Assembly: GCA_040384705.1 (NCBI GenBank)
Contig: JAZKIU010000001.1
Span: 153,907 to 217,906, forward strand
Direction: 5' to 3'
Length of the DNA: 64,000 nt
DNA from: Patescibacteria group bacterium
GTDB taxonomy: Bacteria > Patescibacteriota > Minisyncoccia > Phycocordibacterales > Phycocordibacteraceae
Of the stretch, positions 1 through 8,627 are shown one piece after another. Numbering within the stretch: the first letter of the stretch is position 1; every line of letters begins with the position of its first letter. Position numbers and translations under genes: made by a program. The notes beneath the pieces were generated by a model that saw only the letters and a program-made list of their open reading frames with translations, searched no databases and was not told the DNA's origin.

Positions 1-493
1 TCTTCAGGCCGGCGTTATCCCGATAATCTTCGCGCTTTCGCTCCTCCTCCTTCCGCAGATGGCCCTTACCGCGCTTCAGGCGCTCGGCGTCACGGGGCTT
101 GCGACCGCGACCGCAGCATATGCCGCGTTCAGCGCGAACCCATGGAGCAATGGCTCGGTGTACTTCGTCCTCGTCGTTATGTTCACGTACTTCTACACCT
201 CGATCACCTTCGAGCCGAAGCGCGTTGCGGATAACCTGCAGAAGTCAGGAGCCTTCGTTCCTGGAGTCCGCCCTGGTCCCGAGACAGAACGCCACATCGG
301 TACCATCGTGAACCGCATCACGCTCCCAGGCGCTCTCTTCCTCGGACTCGTCGCCGTCATCCCGTTCATCGTGCAGGGCCTCACGGGCATCACCGCGGTG
401 CTTGTCGGCGGTACGGCGCTCCTCATCGCGGTTAACGTCGTCCTCGACCTCATCCGCAAAGTCGACGCACAGACGTCGCTCCGGGAATATTAG
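1..493 (+). CDS. secY: Preprotein translocase SecY, C-terminal part (5' truncated by window edge; frame continues from nt 2: LQAGVIPIIFALSLLLLPQ...)
   Basis: Translation matches the conserved SecY C-terminus (GVIPIIFA...FVPGIRPG...); followed by adk/map as in the spc operon tail. Confidence 0.85.
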   Translation, partial: LQAGVIPIIFALSLLLLPQMALTALQALGVTGLATATAAYAAFSANPWSNGSVYFVLVVMFTYFYTSITFEPKRVADNLQKSGAFVPGVRPGPETERHIGTIVNRITLPGALFLGLVAVIPFIVQGLTGITAVLVGGTALLIAVNVVLDLIRKVDAQTSLREY

Positions 494-542
494 AAGCGAA
501 GCGGCCGCAAGGCCGCTTCTTTCGTGATACCGTAATCCTCAA

Positions 543-1112
543 ATGAATTCAGGCACGTTCATAGTCCTTATCGGGGGAATGGGAAGCGGCAAGAGCATGC
601 TCATGAAGCATGCTATCGCTACGTATCCGGAGCTCGTCATCCCGTATTCCTATACGACGCGCCCACGGCGCCCTGACGCGGTCGAGAACGACCATTATCG
701 ATTCGTTACGGTCACTGAATTCGAGAAGATGATAGAGGAAGGAGCATTCCTCGAATGGGCACGTTTCGGCGACAACTTCTACGGCACGCTCAAAGCAGAG
801 GTCGAGGAGGAGCTCGCGGCAGGCAAGGTGCTGCTCAAGGAGATGGAAGTGCAGGGCGTGCGCCAGGTGCGCGATCTGCTGCCTGAGGATAAGTTCGTGA
901 CCGTGTACATCGACGCTGGACCTTGGAAAGGGCTCCGGGAGCGAGCCCTCAAGCGCGCACCCATGTCGGACGAGGAGCTCGCGAAGCGCAAGCAGCGATA
1001 CGATGATGAGCTCACCTTCAAGGTGGAAGCGGACGCGGTGGTGGTGAACGCCGAAGGGAAACAGGAGGAAGCGAAGGCAGCGTTCGCGTCCATCATCGAA
1101 GCTGCGCTCTAG
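543..1112 (+). CDS. gmk: Guanylate kinase
   Basis: P-loop GGMGSGKS, TTRPRRPDAVENDHYRFVT, FLEWARFGDNFYGT motifs typical of Gmk. Confidence 0.8.
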   Translation: MNSGTFIVLIGGMGSGKSMLMKHAIATYPELVIPYSYTTRPRRPDAVENDHYRFVTVTEFEKMIEEGAFLEWARFGDNFYGTLKAEVEEELAAGKVLLKEMEVQGVRQVRDLLPEDKFVTVYIDAGPWKGLRERALKRAPMSDEELAKRKQRYDDELTFKVEADAVVVNAEGKQEEAKAAFASIIEAAL

Positions 1113-1134
1113 ATTTGATACACTCAAGGTCTCT

Positions 1135-1719
1135 ATGCCCCACACCACACCTGATATTGTGCTCATCATCGGCCGCCCCGGCTCCGGAAAGGGGACGCAG
1201 GCCAAGCTTCTCGCGAAGCGCCTCGGCTGGATACGTCTGTCATCCGGCGACCTCATCAAGGAGATACGCGACGGGAGCGAACCGTTCTCCGAGCGCGTAC
1301 GCGAGATGTACGACAAGGGGACGCTCCTCCCTGACTGGTTCGCTGACTATCTCCTCGAGAGCGGGCTTCTCGAGCTCGAGCCACACGTGGGAGTGATAGC
1401 GGAAGGGTTCGGTCGTACTGAAAGCCAAGCCAAGCATTTCAATGAGATAATCTCGTGGCTCGGCCGCAAGCTTCTAGTGCTCAACCTCGATGTGTCGGAG
1501 GACGAAGCGCGCCGCCGTATGCTCGAGCGCGCGAAGACGCAGGACAGGCCCGACAGCGATGGGGAGGAGAAGATAACGGAACGCTTCGCGAAGTTCAGGG
1601 AAGAGACCGAGCCAGGCCTCGCATTCTTCCGCGAGCTCGGGCTCGTTGCCGAAATAAATGGCGAGGAGTCGCCGGAGGAGGTGGCGAGCGCCATCGAGGC
1701 AGTACTTAAAAAGGCATGA
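1135..1719 (+). CDS. adk: Adenylate kinase
   Basis: IVLIIGRPGSGKGTQAKLLAKRLGW..SSGDLIKE; classic Adk N-terminus and length; position after secY. Confidence 0.9.
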   Translation: MPHTTPDIVLIIGRPGSGKGTQAKLLAKRLGWIRLSSGDLIKEIRDGSEPFSERVREMYDKGTLLPDWFADYLLESGLLELEPHVGVIAEGFGRTESQAKHFNEIISWLGRKLLVLNLDVSEDEARRRMLERAKTQDRPDSDGEEKITERFAKFREETEPGLAFFRELGLVAEINGEESPEEVASAIEAVLKKA

Positions 1720-2495
1720 TAGTACGCAACCAGGAAGAGCGGGAATCGCTTATAGAGGCAGGGAAGCGTCTCGGGGAGGTGCTTGAAGCGGTCGCGGCAA
1801 TAGTTGCGCCGGGAATCTCCACACTCGAGCTTGATACGCTCGCGGAGAAGATGATTCGCGAGCGCGGGGACGAACCTGCGTTCAAGGGGTATACGCCAGA
1901 AGGCGCACGAAGGAAGTATCCAGCGACCCTGTGCGTATCGGTGAACGACGAAGTCGTGCATGGTATCCCGAACGAGGGGGATAGGATGCTGAAGGAAGGA
2001 GATATCGTCGCGCTCGATCTCGGCCTCATACATAAAGGCTTCGTCGTGGATTCGGCGCTCACGGTACCGGTAGGGAAGGTATCGAAGGAAGCGTACGACC
2101 TCATGAACGCAACGCAGCAGGCGCTCGAAGAAGCTATCGCGGTCGCGCGTCCCGGCAACCGCATCGGTGACATATCGCACGCCACGGGCGCATCCTTCAT
2201 GGGTAGCGGCTTCTCCGTCGTGAAGATGCTCGGTGGGCATGGGGTGGGTTCCTCGGTGCACGAGGAACCGTTCATCGCGAACGATGGGCATGCGGGGACA
2301 GGTCCCGAGATAGTGAAGGGCATGGTGCTTGCGCTCGAGCCAATCGCAAACGCGGGCAAGGCCGCGGTGCAGCTCGCGAACGATGGCTATACCTATCGCA
2401 CCAAGGACGGATCCATTTCTGCGCACTTCGAGCACACCATTCTGGTGGAGGAAGGAGAGACGTTGGTGGTCACCAGGCGCCCGAGCGAGCGGTAA
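1716..2495 (+). CDS. map: Methionine aminopeptidase type I
   Basis: Pita-bread fold motifs (VHGIPN, D..G..D, GHGVGSSVHEEP); 4-nt overlap with adk stop; secY-adk-map order. Confidence 0.9.
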   Translation: MIVRNQEERESLIEAGKRLGEVLEAVAAIVAPGISTLELDTLAEKMIRERGDEPAFKGYTPEGARRKYPATLCVSVNDEVVHGIPNEGDRMLKEGDIVALDLGLIHKGFVVDSALTVPVGKVSKEAYDLMNATQQALEEAIAVARPGNRIGDISHATGASFMGSGFSVVKMLGGHGVGSSVHEEPFIANDGHAGTGPEIVKGMVLALEPIANAGKAAVQLANDGYTYRTKDGSISAHFEHTILVEEGETLVVTRRPSER

Positions 2496-2500
2496 AGGTA

Positions 2501-2529
2501 AATGGGCCGCCTCGAGAGGCGGCCCATTC
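2501..2529. terminator. Bidirectional intrinsic terminator hairpin AATGGGCCGCCTC-GAGA-GGCGGCCCATT
   Basis: Perfect 12-bp GC-rich inverted repeat between convergent map (+) and 2537..2902 (-). Confidence 0.7.
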
Positions 2530-2536
2530 ATGGTCT

Positions 2537-2902
2537 TCAGACCCACGCGGCTTCGGCGACGATCACGGGCGAGCAGTCGATCTCGGTCTTCCGGATCGAC
2601 CACCCTTTTCGGCTGCGCAGGATATCCCGCATCGAGCTCGGGTAGCGGGCTTCCGATCGAAAACGCACAAGCTCATCGACGATTTGCGATGGCGTCTCGA
2701 GGGTCGGGTCCCGGACCATATCCCTGCCCGTTTCCTCGATGAAGAACACTCGGCACGACTGCGGACCATGTCGAGCAATCGTGTACCCGCAGAACCGTGT
2801 TTCGGATCCTATGGCCGTAGCGATAGCGTCGATGAGATCGGTGGGACGGTCCGAGATGACAATCGGGTCGACGCCGGCGAGATCCAGATCGTGATAGTCC
2901 AT
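2537..2902 (-). CDS. Hypothetical protein (121 aa), no recognised domain
   Basis: Clean ORF ending at the convergent terminator, divergent AT-rich promoter region upstream (2903-3070). Confidence 0.4.
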   Translation of the reverse strand: MDYHDLDLAGVDPIVISDRPTDLIDAIATAIGSETRFCGYTIARHGPQSCRVFFIEETGRDMVRDPTLETPSQIVDELVRFRSEARYPSSMRDILRSRKGWSIRKTEIDCSPVIVAEAAWV

Positions 2903-3070
2903 CGTTGGAGACTCCTTTGGCTCGCTCGAAAGAGCGAATGAATACTTATTTGATTATACATCGTATCTAAAAGGTGGTCAACTCATAGATATAACCGTGC
3001 GTTGAGTGAATGTGTGCGATATACTCCCTCCATACAAGCGCCGTAGGCGATTTTTTCTTAATAAAACCTT

Positions 3071-3679
3071 ATGCCAATCCCGCACCCAAAGCTCGAGCGC
3101 AGCTTCGTCATCATCAAGCCCGATGGCATTCAGCGCTCCCTCATCGGGGAGATAATAAAACGCTTCGAACGCACTGGTCTCAAGCTCATCGGCCTCAAAC
3201 TAGTCGTTCCTGACAGCGGCCGTATCTGGAAGCACTACAACAAGGACGATGCATGGTTCATCAAAAAGGGTGCCAAGATCGCCGAGGATCGCGCTGCGGC
3301 CGGGCTGTCTTCGGAGAAAGAGCACATCGAGTACGGCAAGGACATCATCCGTGCGCTCGAGAAGTACATGACCTCAGGCCCCGTCGTCATGATGGCGTGG
3401 GAAGGCAATCAGGCGGTAGGGGTCATCACGAAGCTTGTTGGGGGCACCGAACCTGCGACTTCCGACGTGGGTACCATCCGCGGCGACTTCACTATCGACT
3501 CCTACGCCATCTCGGCAGTCGACGATCGTGCGGTCCGTAACCTCATACACTGCTCGGATACGCCTGAGAACGCGGAAAGCGAGATCGCTCTGTGGTTCAC
3601 TCCAGAAGAGCTCGTCACGTATCGCCTCGTGGGGGACCAGATTCTCTACGACGTGAACCTCGACGGCATAATGGAGTAG
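3071..3679 (+). CDS. ndk: Nucleoside diphosphate kinase (long form, ~50-aa insertion)
   Basis: ERSFVIIKPDG, MMAWEG, GTIRGDF, NLIHCSD(T)PE motifs; 202 aa vs ~140 aa canonical. Confidence 0.85.
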   Translation: MPIPHPKLERSFVIIKPDGIQRSLIGEIIKRFERTGLKLIGLKLVVPDSGRIWKHYNKDDAWFIKKGAKIAEDRAAAGLSSEKEHIEYGKDIIRALEKYMTSGPVVMMAWEGNQAVGVITKLVGGTEPATSDVGTIRGDFTIDSYAISAVDDRAVRNLIHCSDTPENAESEIALWFTPEELVTYRLVGDQILYDVNLDGIME

Positions 3680-3700
3680 TTTTTCAGCGCAGGAGAGCAA

Positions 3701-3731
3701 CAACGACCCACTTATCAGGGTCGTTGTTTCG
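3701..3731 (+). terminator. Intrinsic terminator after ndk (CAACGACCC-ACTTATCA-GGGTCGTTG + TTTCG)
   Basis: 9-bp perfect stem followed by T-rich tract. Confidence 0.6.
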
Positions 3732-3781
3732 TATAGGTATGCATGCTACGGTAGGCAGGTTGTAAATCTGGAGGAATAACA

Positions 3782-3982
3782 ATGTCCTTTGCGCTCGCGC
3801 TCAACAATGAACCCCGTTTCCTGTGCTGGATAGCGCATACCGGCATCGGATTCAATCTTGCGGGAGAAATGAAGTTCGAATCTCTCGAGGAAATTGAGGT
3901 TTTCAGGAAGAAATGGAAGAATCATTTCTTTGATCTCGGGCGGCTCACGCCTTTTGAGTTAAAGAAAAAAGCCGGCATGTGA
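3782..3982 (+). CDS. Hypothetical small protein (66 aa)
   Basis: Good SD (GGAGGAATAACAATG) and own terminator hairpin GCCGGCATG-TGATC-CATGCCGGC at 3971-3993. Confidence 0.35.
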   Translation: MSFALALNNEPRFLCWIAHTGIGFNLAGEMKFESLEEIEVFRKKWKNHFFDLGRLTPFELKKKAGM

Positions 3983-4032
3983 TCCATGCCGGCTTCACCG
4001 CACCTGTCCCCAAAAGTGTGTATACTATCCCC

Positions 4033-4203
4033 GGAGCCGTTCCCGAAAATGCAACTTGCTTCAAATTCGGGAGTCTTATATCCACGCGTGCTCGATTAGC
4101 ATTTCATGCTTCAGTAGTCGCGATGCGGACACCCACGTGGCATACGAAAGTTGCCACCCGGGAACGGCTCCATCAGAAAAACCGCTTCAGTGCGGTTTTT
4201 CTG
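4033..4203 (+). ncRNA. Candidate structured RNA (sRNA or cis-regulatory leader) upstream of the beta-CASP RNase gene
   Basis: 13-nt perfect long-range pairing GGAGCCGTTCCCG (4033-4045) / CGGGAACGGCTCC (4159-4171); nested TGCAACTT/AAGTTGCA pairing; ends with strong terminator hairpin CAGAAAAACCGC-TTCAGT-GCGGTTTTTCTG (4074-4203) 20 nt before the ATG. Confidence 0.4.
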
Positions 4204-4222
4204 ATGATAGAATGCACTCACG

Positions 4223-5614
4223 ATGCCGCTTCGCTTAACATTTCATGGAGGTGCAGGAACCGTCACAGGTTCTAATTTCTTGGTAGAGAGCCCGAAAGGG
4301 AAAGTACTCGTCGACTGCGGTATAGAGCAGGGGAGGGACTTCAGCGAGAAGCGGATGTACGAGCCGTTCCCGTACGATGTGTCGTCCATCGATGCGCTCG
4401 TCATCACGCATGCGCACCTCGATCACATCGGTAGGGCACCTAAATTGATGCGCGAAGGGTTCCGCGGCGACGTATACATGACGCTTGCGACACGCGATCT
4501 CACCGAGCTCATGCTCCGTGACAGCGTCGGGCTTCTGACTCGAGAGGCCGAGAGTCGCGGCTTGCAGCCGTTGTATAGGGAAGAGGATGTCGCGGCTTTC
4601 ATGGCGTGCGTGGAAGTGCTTCCGTACCGGATGGAGCGCGAGATAGCGCCCGGCATATCGGTCATGCTCCGGGACTCGGGTCATATCCTCGGGTCAGCAA
4701 GCGTACGGCTCATGGCGGACGACGGCACCACGCTCGCTATCACCGGCGACCTCGGGAATTCTCCCTCGCCGTACCTTCCGGACGCCGAGGGAATACCGGA
4801 TGCTAATGCACTTGTTATGGAAAGCGTGTATGGGGACCGGACGCATCCGCATCTGGCGGAGCGCGTACCGCAGCTGCGCGATACGCTCAATCGCGCCATT
4901 AAGCGCCGGGGAGCGATACTCATGCCCGCGTTCTCCATCGAGCGCACACAGCTCATGTTGTACGAGCTCTCGAACCTCATGGAGGCGGGGGAGGTGCCGC
5001 AGATACCGGTATTCCTAGACTCACCTCTCGCGATAGGGGTGACGGAAGTGTACGAGAAGCATGCGAAGGAGTATTTCAATACTGCAGCGAAGGAGGAATT
5101 GAAGCATGAGCAGAGCCTCTTCCGGTTCCCATTCCTCACCATGACCCGCTCGCGCGATGAGTCGAGGAACATCGATGCGGTGCAGGGCCCGAAGCTCATC
5201 ATCGCGGGAGCTGGAATGAGCCATGGGGGCCGTATCGGCAGGCATGAGGGGAAATACCTACCCGACCCATCCACGACGCTTCTCATCGTCGGATACCAGG
5301 CTCCTGGAAGCCCTGGAAGGCTGCTCCAGGATGGTTCAAAGTCGGTGCGCATCGACGGGAGGCCCGTCAGGGTGCGCGCGAAGGTGGAGACGCTCTCAGC
5401 ATGGTCGGCACACGCGGACCGCGATGGGCTGCTTGAGTTCGCGAAGAAGTCGCTGCCTCGTGCACATTCTATTTTCGTGGCAATTGGCGAGCCGTCCTCC
5501 GCACGCTTCCTCGCGCAGCGGGTCCATGATTATCTGGGTGCGAATGCCATCGTTCCCTCTATGGGCGACTCGTGGCTCATTGAGAAGGGAAGGAGTCATA
5601 AAGAGAAGGCCTAG
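4223..5614 (+). CDS. MBL-fold beta-CASP family ribonuclease (RNase J / CPSF-like RNA-metabolising metallo-beta-lactamase)
   Basis: HxHxDH motif (ITHAHLDHIG), beta-CASP and RMMBL-like C-terminus (SAHADRDGLLEF). Confidence 0.8.
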   Translation: MPLRLTFHGGAGTVTGSNFLVESPKGKVLVDCGIEQGRDFSEKRMYEPFPYDVSSIDALVITHAHLDHIGRAPKLMREGFRGDVYMTLATRDLTELMLRDSVGLLTREAESRGLQPLYREEDVAAFMACVEVLPYRMEREIAPGISVMLRDSGHILGSASVRLMADDGTTLAITGDLGNSPSPYLPDAEGIPDANALVMESVYGDRTHPHLAERVPQLRDTLNRAIKRRGAILMPAFSIERTQLMLYELSNLMEAGEVPQIPVFLDSPLAIGVTEVYEKHAKEYFNTAAKEELKHEQSLFRFPFLTMTRSRDESRNIDAVQGPKLIIAGAGMSHGGRIGRHEGKYLPDPSTTLLIVGYQAPGSPGRLLQDGSKSVRIDGRPVRVRAKVETLSAWSAHADRDGLLEFAKKSLPRAHSIFVAIGEPSSARFLAQRVHDYLGANAIVPSMGDSWLIEKGRSHKEKA

Positions 5615-5627
5615 TTCGGAGGATAGA

Positions 5628-5658
5628 GAAACAGCCCCAAGTGCGGGGCTGTTTCTCT
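5628..5658. terminator. Bidirectional terminator GAAACAGCCCC-loop-GGGGCTGTTTC
   Basis: Perfect 11-bp stem between convergent RNase (+) and rplT (-). Confidence 0.7.
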
Positions 5659-5671
5659 TCTTGAGAGGAGG

Positions 5672-6019
5672 TTAAGAAATCTTCTTAACAATCCTTGCGA
5701 ACGTCTCTGGCTGCGTCGCTGCGAGTTCCGAGAGGACCTTGCGGTCGAGCTCGATACCGGCCTTGGCCTTGGCTGCGATGAACGTGCTGTAGCTCTTGAA
5801 GCCCATATCACGGAGCACGGCGTTGAGGCGGACTATCCAAAGCTGGCGGTAGTCGGTCTTCTTGTCGCGGCGGTGGTTGAAGGCGTTCTTACCCGCGTGC
5901 ACGAGTGACTCCTTCGCGAGGCGGACCTTCGTGGAGCGGCCATGGCGATATCCCTTGGCGCGAACCAGTATGTTGCGTCGGCGCTTCGCTGATGTGACTC
6001 CTCCTTTTACTCGTGCCAT
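5672..6019 (-). CDS. rplT: 50S ribosomal protein L20
   Basis: MARVKGGVTSAKRRRNILVRAKGYRHGRS... canonical L20. Confidence 0.9.
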   Translation of the reverse strand: MARVKGGVTSAKRRRNILVRAKGYRHGRSTKVRLAKESLVHAGKNAFNHRRDKKTDYRQLWIVRLNAVLRDMGFKSYSTFIAAKAKAGIELDRKVLSELAATQPETFARIVKKIS

Positions 6020-6042
6020 AGAATGCTATTTAAAATGTAAGA

Positions 6043-6252
6043 CTAGGAAGCTTTCGGCTTCTTTCCCGCGTTACCGCCGAGGAAGCGGCGACGCACATCA
6101 TTGGTGACCGTAAGCTGCTGGACACGGCCCTTCTCGCCCTTGGTGCGTCCGCGCTCCTTGGCGTTGAAATGGTCCTGCCCGGCCTTACGCACAAGCAATT
6201 TCCCGGTGCGGGTCACCCTGATGCGCTTCGTAAATGACTTATTGGTTTTCAT
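6043..6252 (-). CDS. rpmI: 50S ribosomal protein L35
   Basis: Small basic protein MKTNKSFTKRIRVTRTGKLLVRKAGQDHFNAK; between infC and rplT. Confidence 0.85.
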   Translation of the reverse strand: MKTNKSFTKRIRVTRTGKLLVRKAGQDHFNAKERGRTKGEKGRVQQLTVTNDVRRRFLGGNAGKKPKAS

Positions 6253-6820
6253 GCGGGGGTTTGGTTTCTTCGGTTTCCGGCTTCTTCGCAGTCGGCGCGG
6301 GCTTCGTGTTGTCTCTCTCGATTATGGCGGCGAATCCTTTTGGCGCCCTCGTGACCGGTTCAGCTATCTTGTACGAGTGCGGAATGAGGAGCATGAACTT
6401 CTCGAGCCGGGTCTTGAGGAAGGCTTCGTCCATCCCCTTGTACCGGCCCTTGAGGAAGAGTTCCATGCGGACCCGATGGCCCTCTTCGAGCCACTCGGCG
6501 GCCTTTTTGGCCTTCAACCGCATGTCGTTCTCTCCAGTACCCACCTTTATCTGCACTTCCTTGGTCTCCGAGACCTTGGCTTTGGAGCGGGCGGCACTTT
6601 CCCTCTTCTTCAGCTCGTACTGAAACTTACCATAATCCATCACTTTCGCAACCGGCGGGACGGCGTTCGGCGATATCTCGATGAGGTCCAAACCGGCCGT
6701 TTCAGCGGCTTTGAGCGCCTCTTCAAGCGAAATGACGCCGAGGTTTCCCCCGTCGGCGCCTATGACCCGTAGCTCCCGTGCGCGGATCTCGCGATTGATT
6801 CTTACTCGTTCGGTACTCAA
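6239..6820 (-). CDS. infC: Translation initiation factor IF-3
   Basis: INREIRARELRVIGADGGNLGVISLEEAL...; infC-rpmI-rplT operon order. Confidence 0.85.
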   Translation of the reverse strand: MSTERVRINREIRARELRVIGADGGNLGVISLEEALKAAETAGLDLIEISPNAVPPVAKVMDYGKFQYELKKRESAARSKAKVSETKEVQIKVGTGENDMRLKAKKAAEWLEEGHRVRMELFLKGRYKGMDEAFLKTRLEKFMLLIPHSYKIAEPVTRAPKGFAAIIERDNTKPAPTAKKPETEETKPPHENQ

Positions 6821-6859
6821 AGCAGTAGTAATGAGGATAATAGCACGGAAATACGGCTT

Positions 6860-7429
6860 TTACAACGCTTTTGCTGGTCTTTTCCCGCTCGTAAATGGAG
6901 AATCCCGGACATAGAAACGCCACGGAAGCTCGAGCCCAGCCTTGATGCCAATGCGCGGCCCGCTCACGATATCCTCCTTCGGGACTGCCGGAGCATCGTA
7001 TATGACGAAATCGCCCTCTACTGGGAGTCCATTCTCAGCTTTAGTGATGCCGAACGCCTGGGCGAACTTAGCGGGGCCCGAGCACAGGTTATGGATATCC
7101 TTCGTCCTGCGCCTCTTTTCCATGAGTTTCATGCCTTCAAGCGGCTCGACCGCACGAATAAGCACGGCGCCTACCGAATCCTTGTTCGTCGTCACGTTCG
7201 CGCAGTAGTGCATGCCATAGGTGAAGTACACGTACCAGTGGCCATAGGTATCCTGCATGATGCGGCTCCTCGGCGTGATGACCCTGCCATGGGACGCGGG
7301 ATCGGTGGTATACGCCTCCGTCTCGACGATGCGGCCAACGCACTCCCCGTATCGAACTATCTTCCCCAGGAGCCTCGGGGCCAGCGTTACCGCATCGTCC
7401 GCGAACCATTCCAGGGAGAGGGGAGTCAT
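6860..7429 (-). CDS. DNA-3-methyladenine glycosylase (AAG/MPG family)
   Basis: GRIVETEAYTTDPASH ... YVYFTYGMHYCANV ... LIRAVEPLEG motifs of the AAG family. Confidence 0.8.
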   Translation of the reverse strand: MTPLSLEWFADDAVTLAPRLLGKIVRYGECVGRIVETEAYTTDPASHGRVITPRSRIMQDTYGHWYVYFTYGMHYCANVTTNKDSVGAVLIRAVEPLEGMKLMEKRRRTKDIHNLCSGPAKFAQAFGITKAENGLPVEGDFVIYDAPAVPKEDIVSGPRIGIKAGLELPWRFYVRDSPFTSGKRPAKAL

Positions 7430-7506
7430 GGCACCACTATACGAATTCAGGGATATAAACGGAACACCGCGCAGCGTTGGCTGCGCGGTGTTCCTGCATC
7501 CCGTCG

Positions 7507-7803
7507 TTACGGCGTGACTTCTACGGTCGTGGTCGCTTCTGCCTGCTTGTCCTTCTCGAGCTTCTTGTCGAAGCGGCCGAGGAGGCGGGCGAGGTCATCA
7601 AGCGCGTCCTTACAAGCAGGAGACTGCAGATCGTCCGCGCTCTTGCAGGCCTCAGCTACCTTGTTCCTTTGTTCGGCAAGGTCTTCAGCGCCGAGCGTAA
7701 AGGTGCCGCTCGCGCGTCCCCACATGACGGTCATGATGATAAGAAGAACGGCGAGGATACCGGCGACGGTCCACGCGGTTCGGAGTTTTTTGTCCATGTT
7801 CAT
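7507..7803 (-). CDS. Hypothetical membrane-anchored protein (98 aa)
   Basis: N-terminal TM helix, ORF bounded by AT-rich divergent promoter region 7804-7999. Confidence 0.4.
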   Translation of the reverse strand: MNMDKKLRTAWTVAGILAVLLIIMTVMWGRASGTFTLGAEDLAEQRNKVAEACKSADDLQSPACKDALDDLARLLGRFDKKLEKDKQAEATTTVEVTP

Positions 7804-7999
7804 TAGTTACGATTATAGGAAAGCCCTATCTTGGAGTATAGACGTATTTGAGCTATTTCCATGACAGGGTGTGCACTACCAATACAGGAAAGGGGTATTA
7901 AGAAACCATGAAGAACACAACTATCTATGTTTAATGTGTTACTCATCGTCCTTTGCATAGGGTAATGGGATACCAGCTATGTAATTTCATATCTTCTAT

Positions 8000-8209
8000 A
8001 TGGCAACGATAGTAAACAATCCAGGTAACAGCGATAGCGGTGCAGCAGGACTCGTAATCGCGCTCATCGTTATCGTCGCCGTCGCGCTCATCGCCTTCTT
8101 CGTCTGGCCGGGCTTCGGCAATAGCGGCGGAGGCGGCGGGGACACTAACGTCAACGTAGAGGTTCCGGCGCTTGATTCAGGTGGTGCGGGTGCAGGGGCG
8201 GCTCAATAG
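8000..8209 (+). CDS. Small single-pass membrane protein (69 aa), paralog 1
   Basis: N-terminus MATIVNNPGNSD + TM helix + Gly-rich tail; own terminator hairpin at 8221-8249. Confidence 0.45.
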   Translation: MATIVNNPGNSDSGAAGLVIALIVIVAVALIAFFVWPGFGNSGGGGGDTNVNVEVPALDSGGAGAGAAQ

Positions 8210-8319
8210 ACTAGAACATAGAGAATGGCTCCCCTAAGGGGAGCCATTCTCTTAACCTTCCGCTCATCAATAGAGGGATACCATACGACGGTTGATCAAT
8301 AATAATTCCAGATACGGAT

Positions 8320-8583
8320 ATGGCAGACATCATCAATTCACCGAACGATAGGGGTAGTAACTCTACGGGCTGGATACTCGGCATCATCGTAATCGTGCTT
8401 CTCGTGCTCTTCCTCATCTTCCTGTTCCCGAACCTCACGAATAGGACGGTGACGGAGACCACGCCGGAACCGGAGACCACAGGCGACACCACGAACAACA
8501 CCATCCTTCCGCCGCCTGTCGTGAACAACACGACCATCAATGCGACGACGACGGTGAACAACTCGACAAGCACGAGACCATAG
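8320..8583 (+). CDS. Small single-pass membrane protein (87 aa), paralog 2 with Thr/Asn-rich tail
   Basis: N-terminus MADIINSPNDRG + TM helix; duplicated upstream motifs GGGATACCA...ATATGGCA as for paralog 1; terminator 8602-8627. Confidence 0.45.
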   Translation: MADIINSPNDRGSNSTGWILGIIVIVLLVLFLIFLFPNLTNRTVTETTPEPETTGDTTNNTILPPPVVNNTTINATTTVNNSTSTRP

Positions 8584-8627
8584 AAGCCGTTCGAGCTTCA
8601 ACGAAAGCCCCCATTCGGGGGCTTTCG

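Noticed and set aside
549-2603. Long minus-strand ORFs (549..1316, 1347..2603 and many similar elsewhere, e.g. 14869..15723, 17785..18711, 28340..29239, 29633..30781, 31074..32141, 32514..33479)
   Set aside because: Antisense to well-supported conserved genes (gmk, adk, map, ftsH, recG, pil genes). This is typical stop-codon-poor antisense frames of a ~60% GC genome. Products are low-complexity Ser/Arg/Ala-rich with no motifs.
3979-4275. 98-aa ORF 3979..4275 and 60-aa ORF 4056..4238 upstream of the RNase gene
   Set aside because: They span the terminator hairpin and long-range paired RNA element and run into the RNase start. There is no RBS, so a structured RNA is the better explanation.
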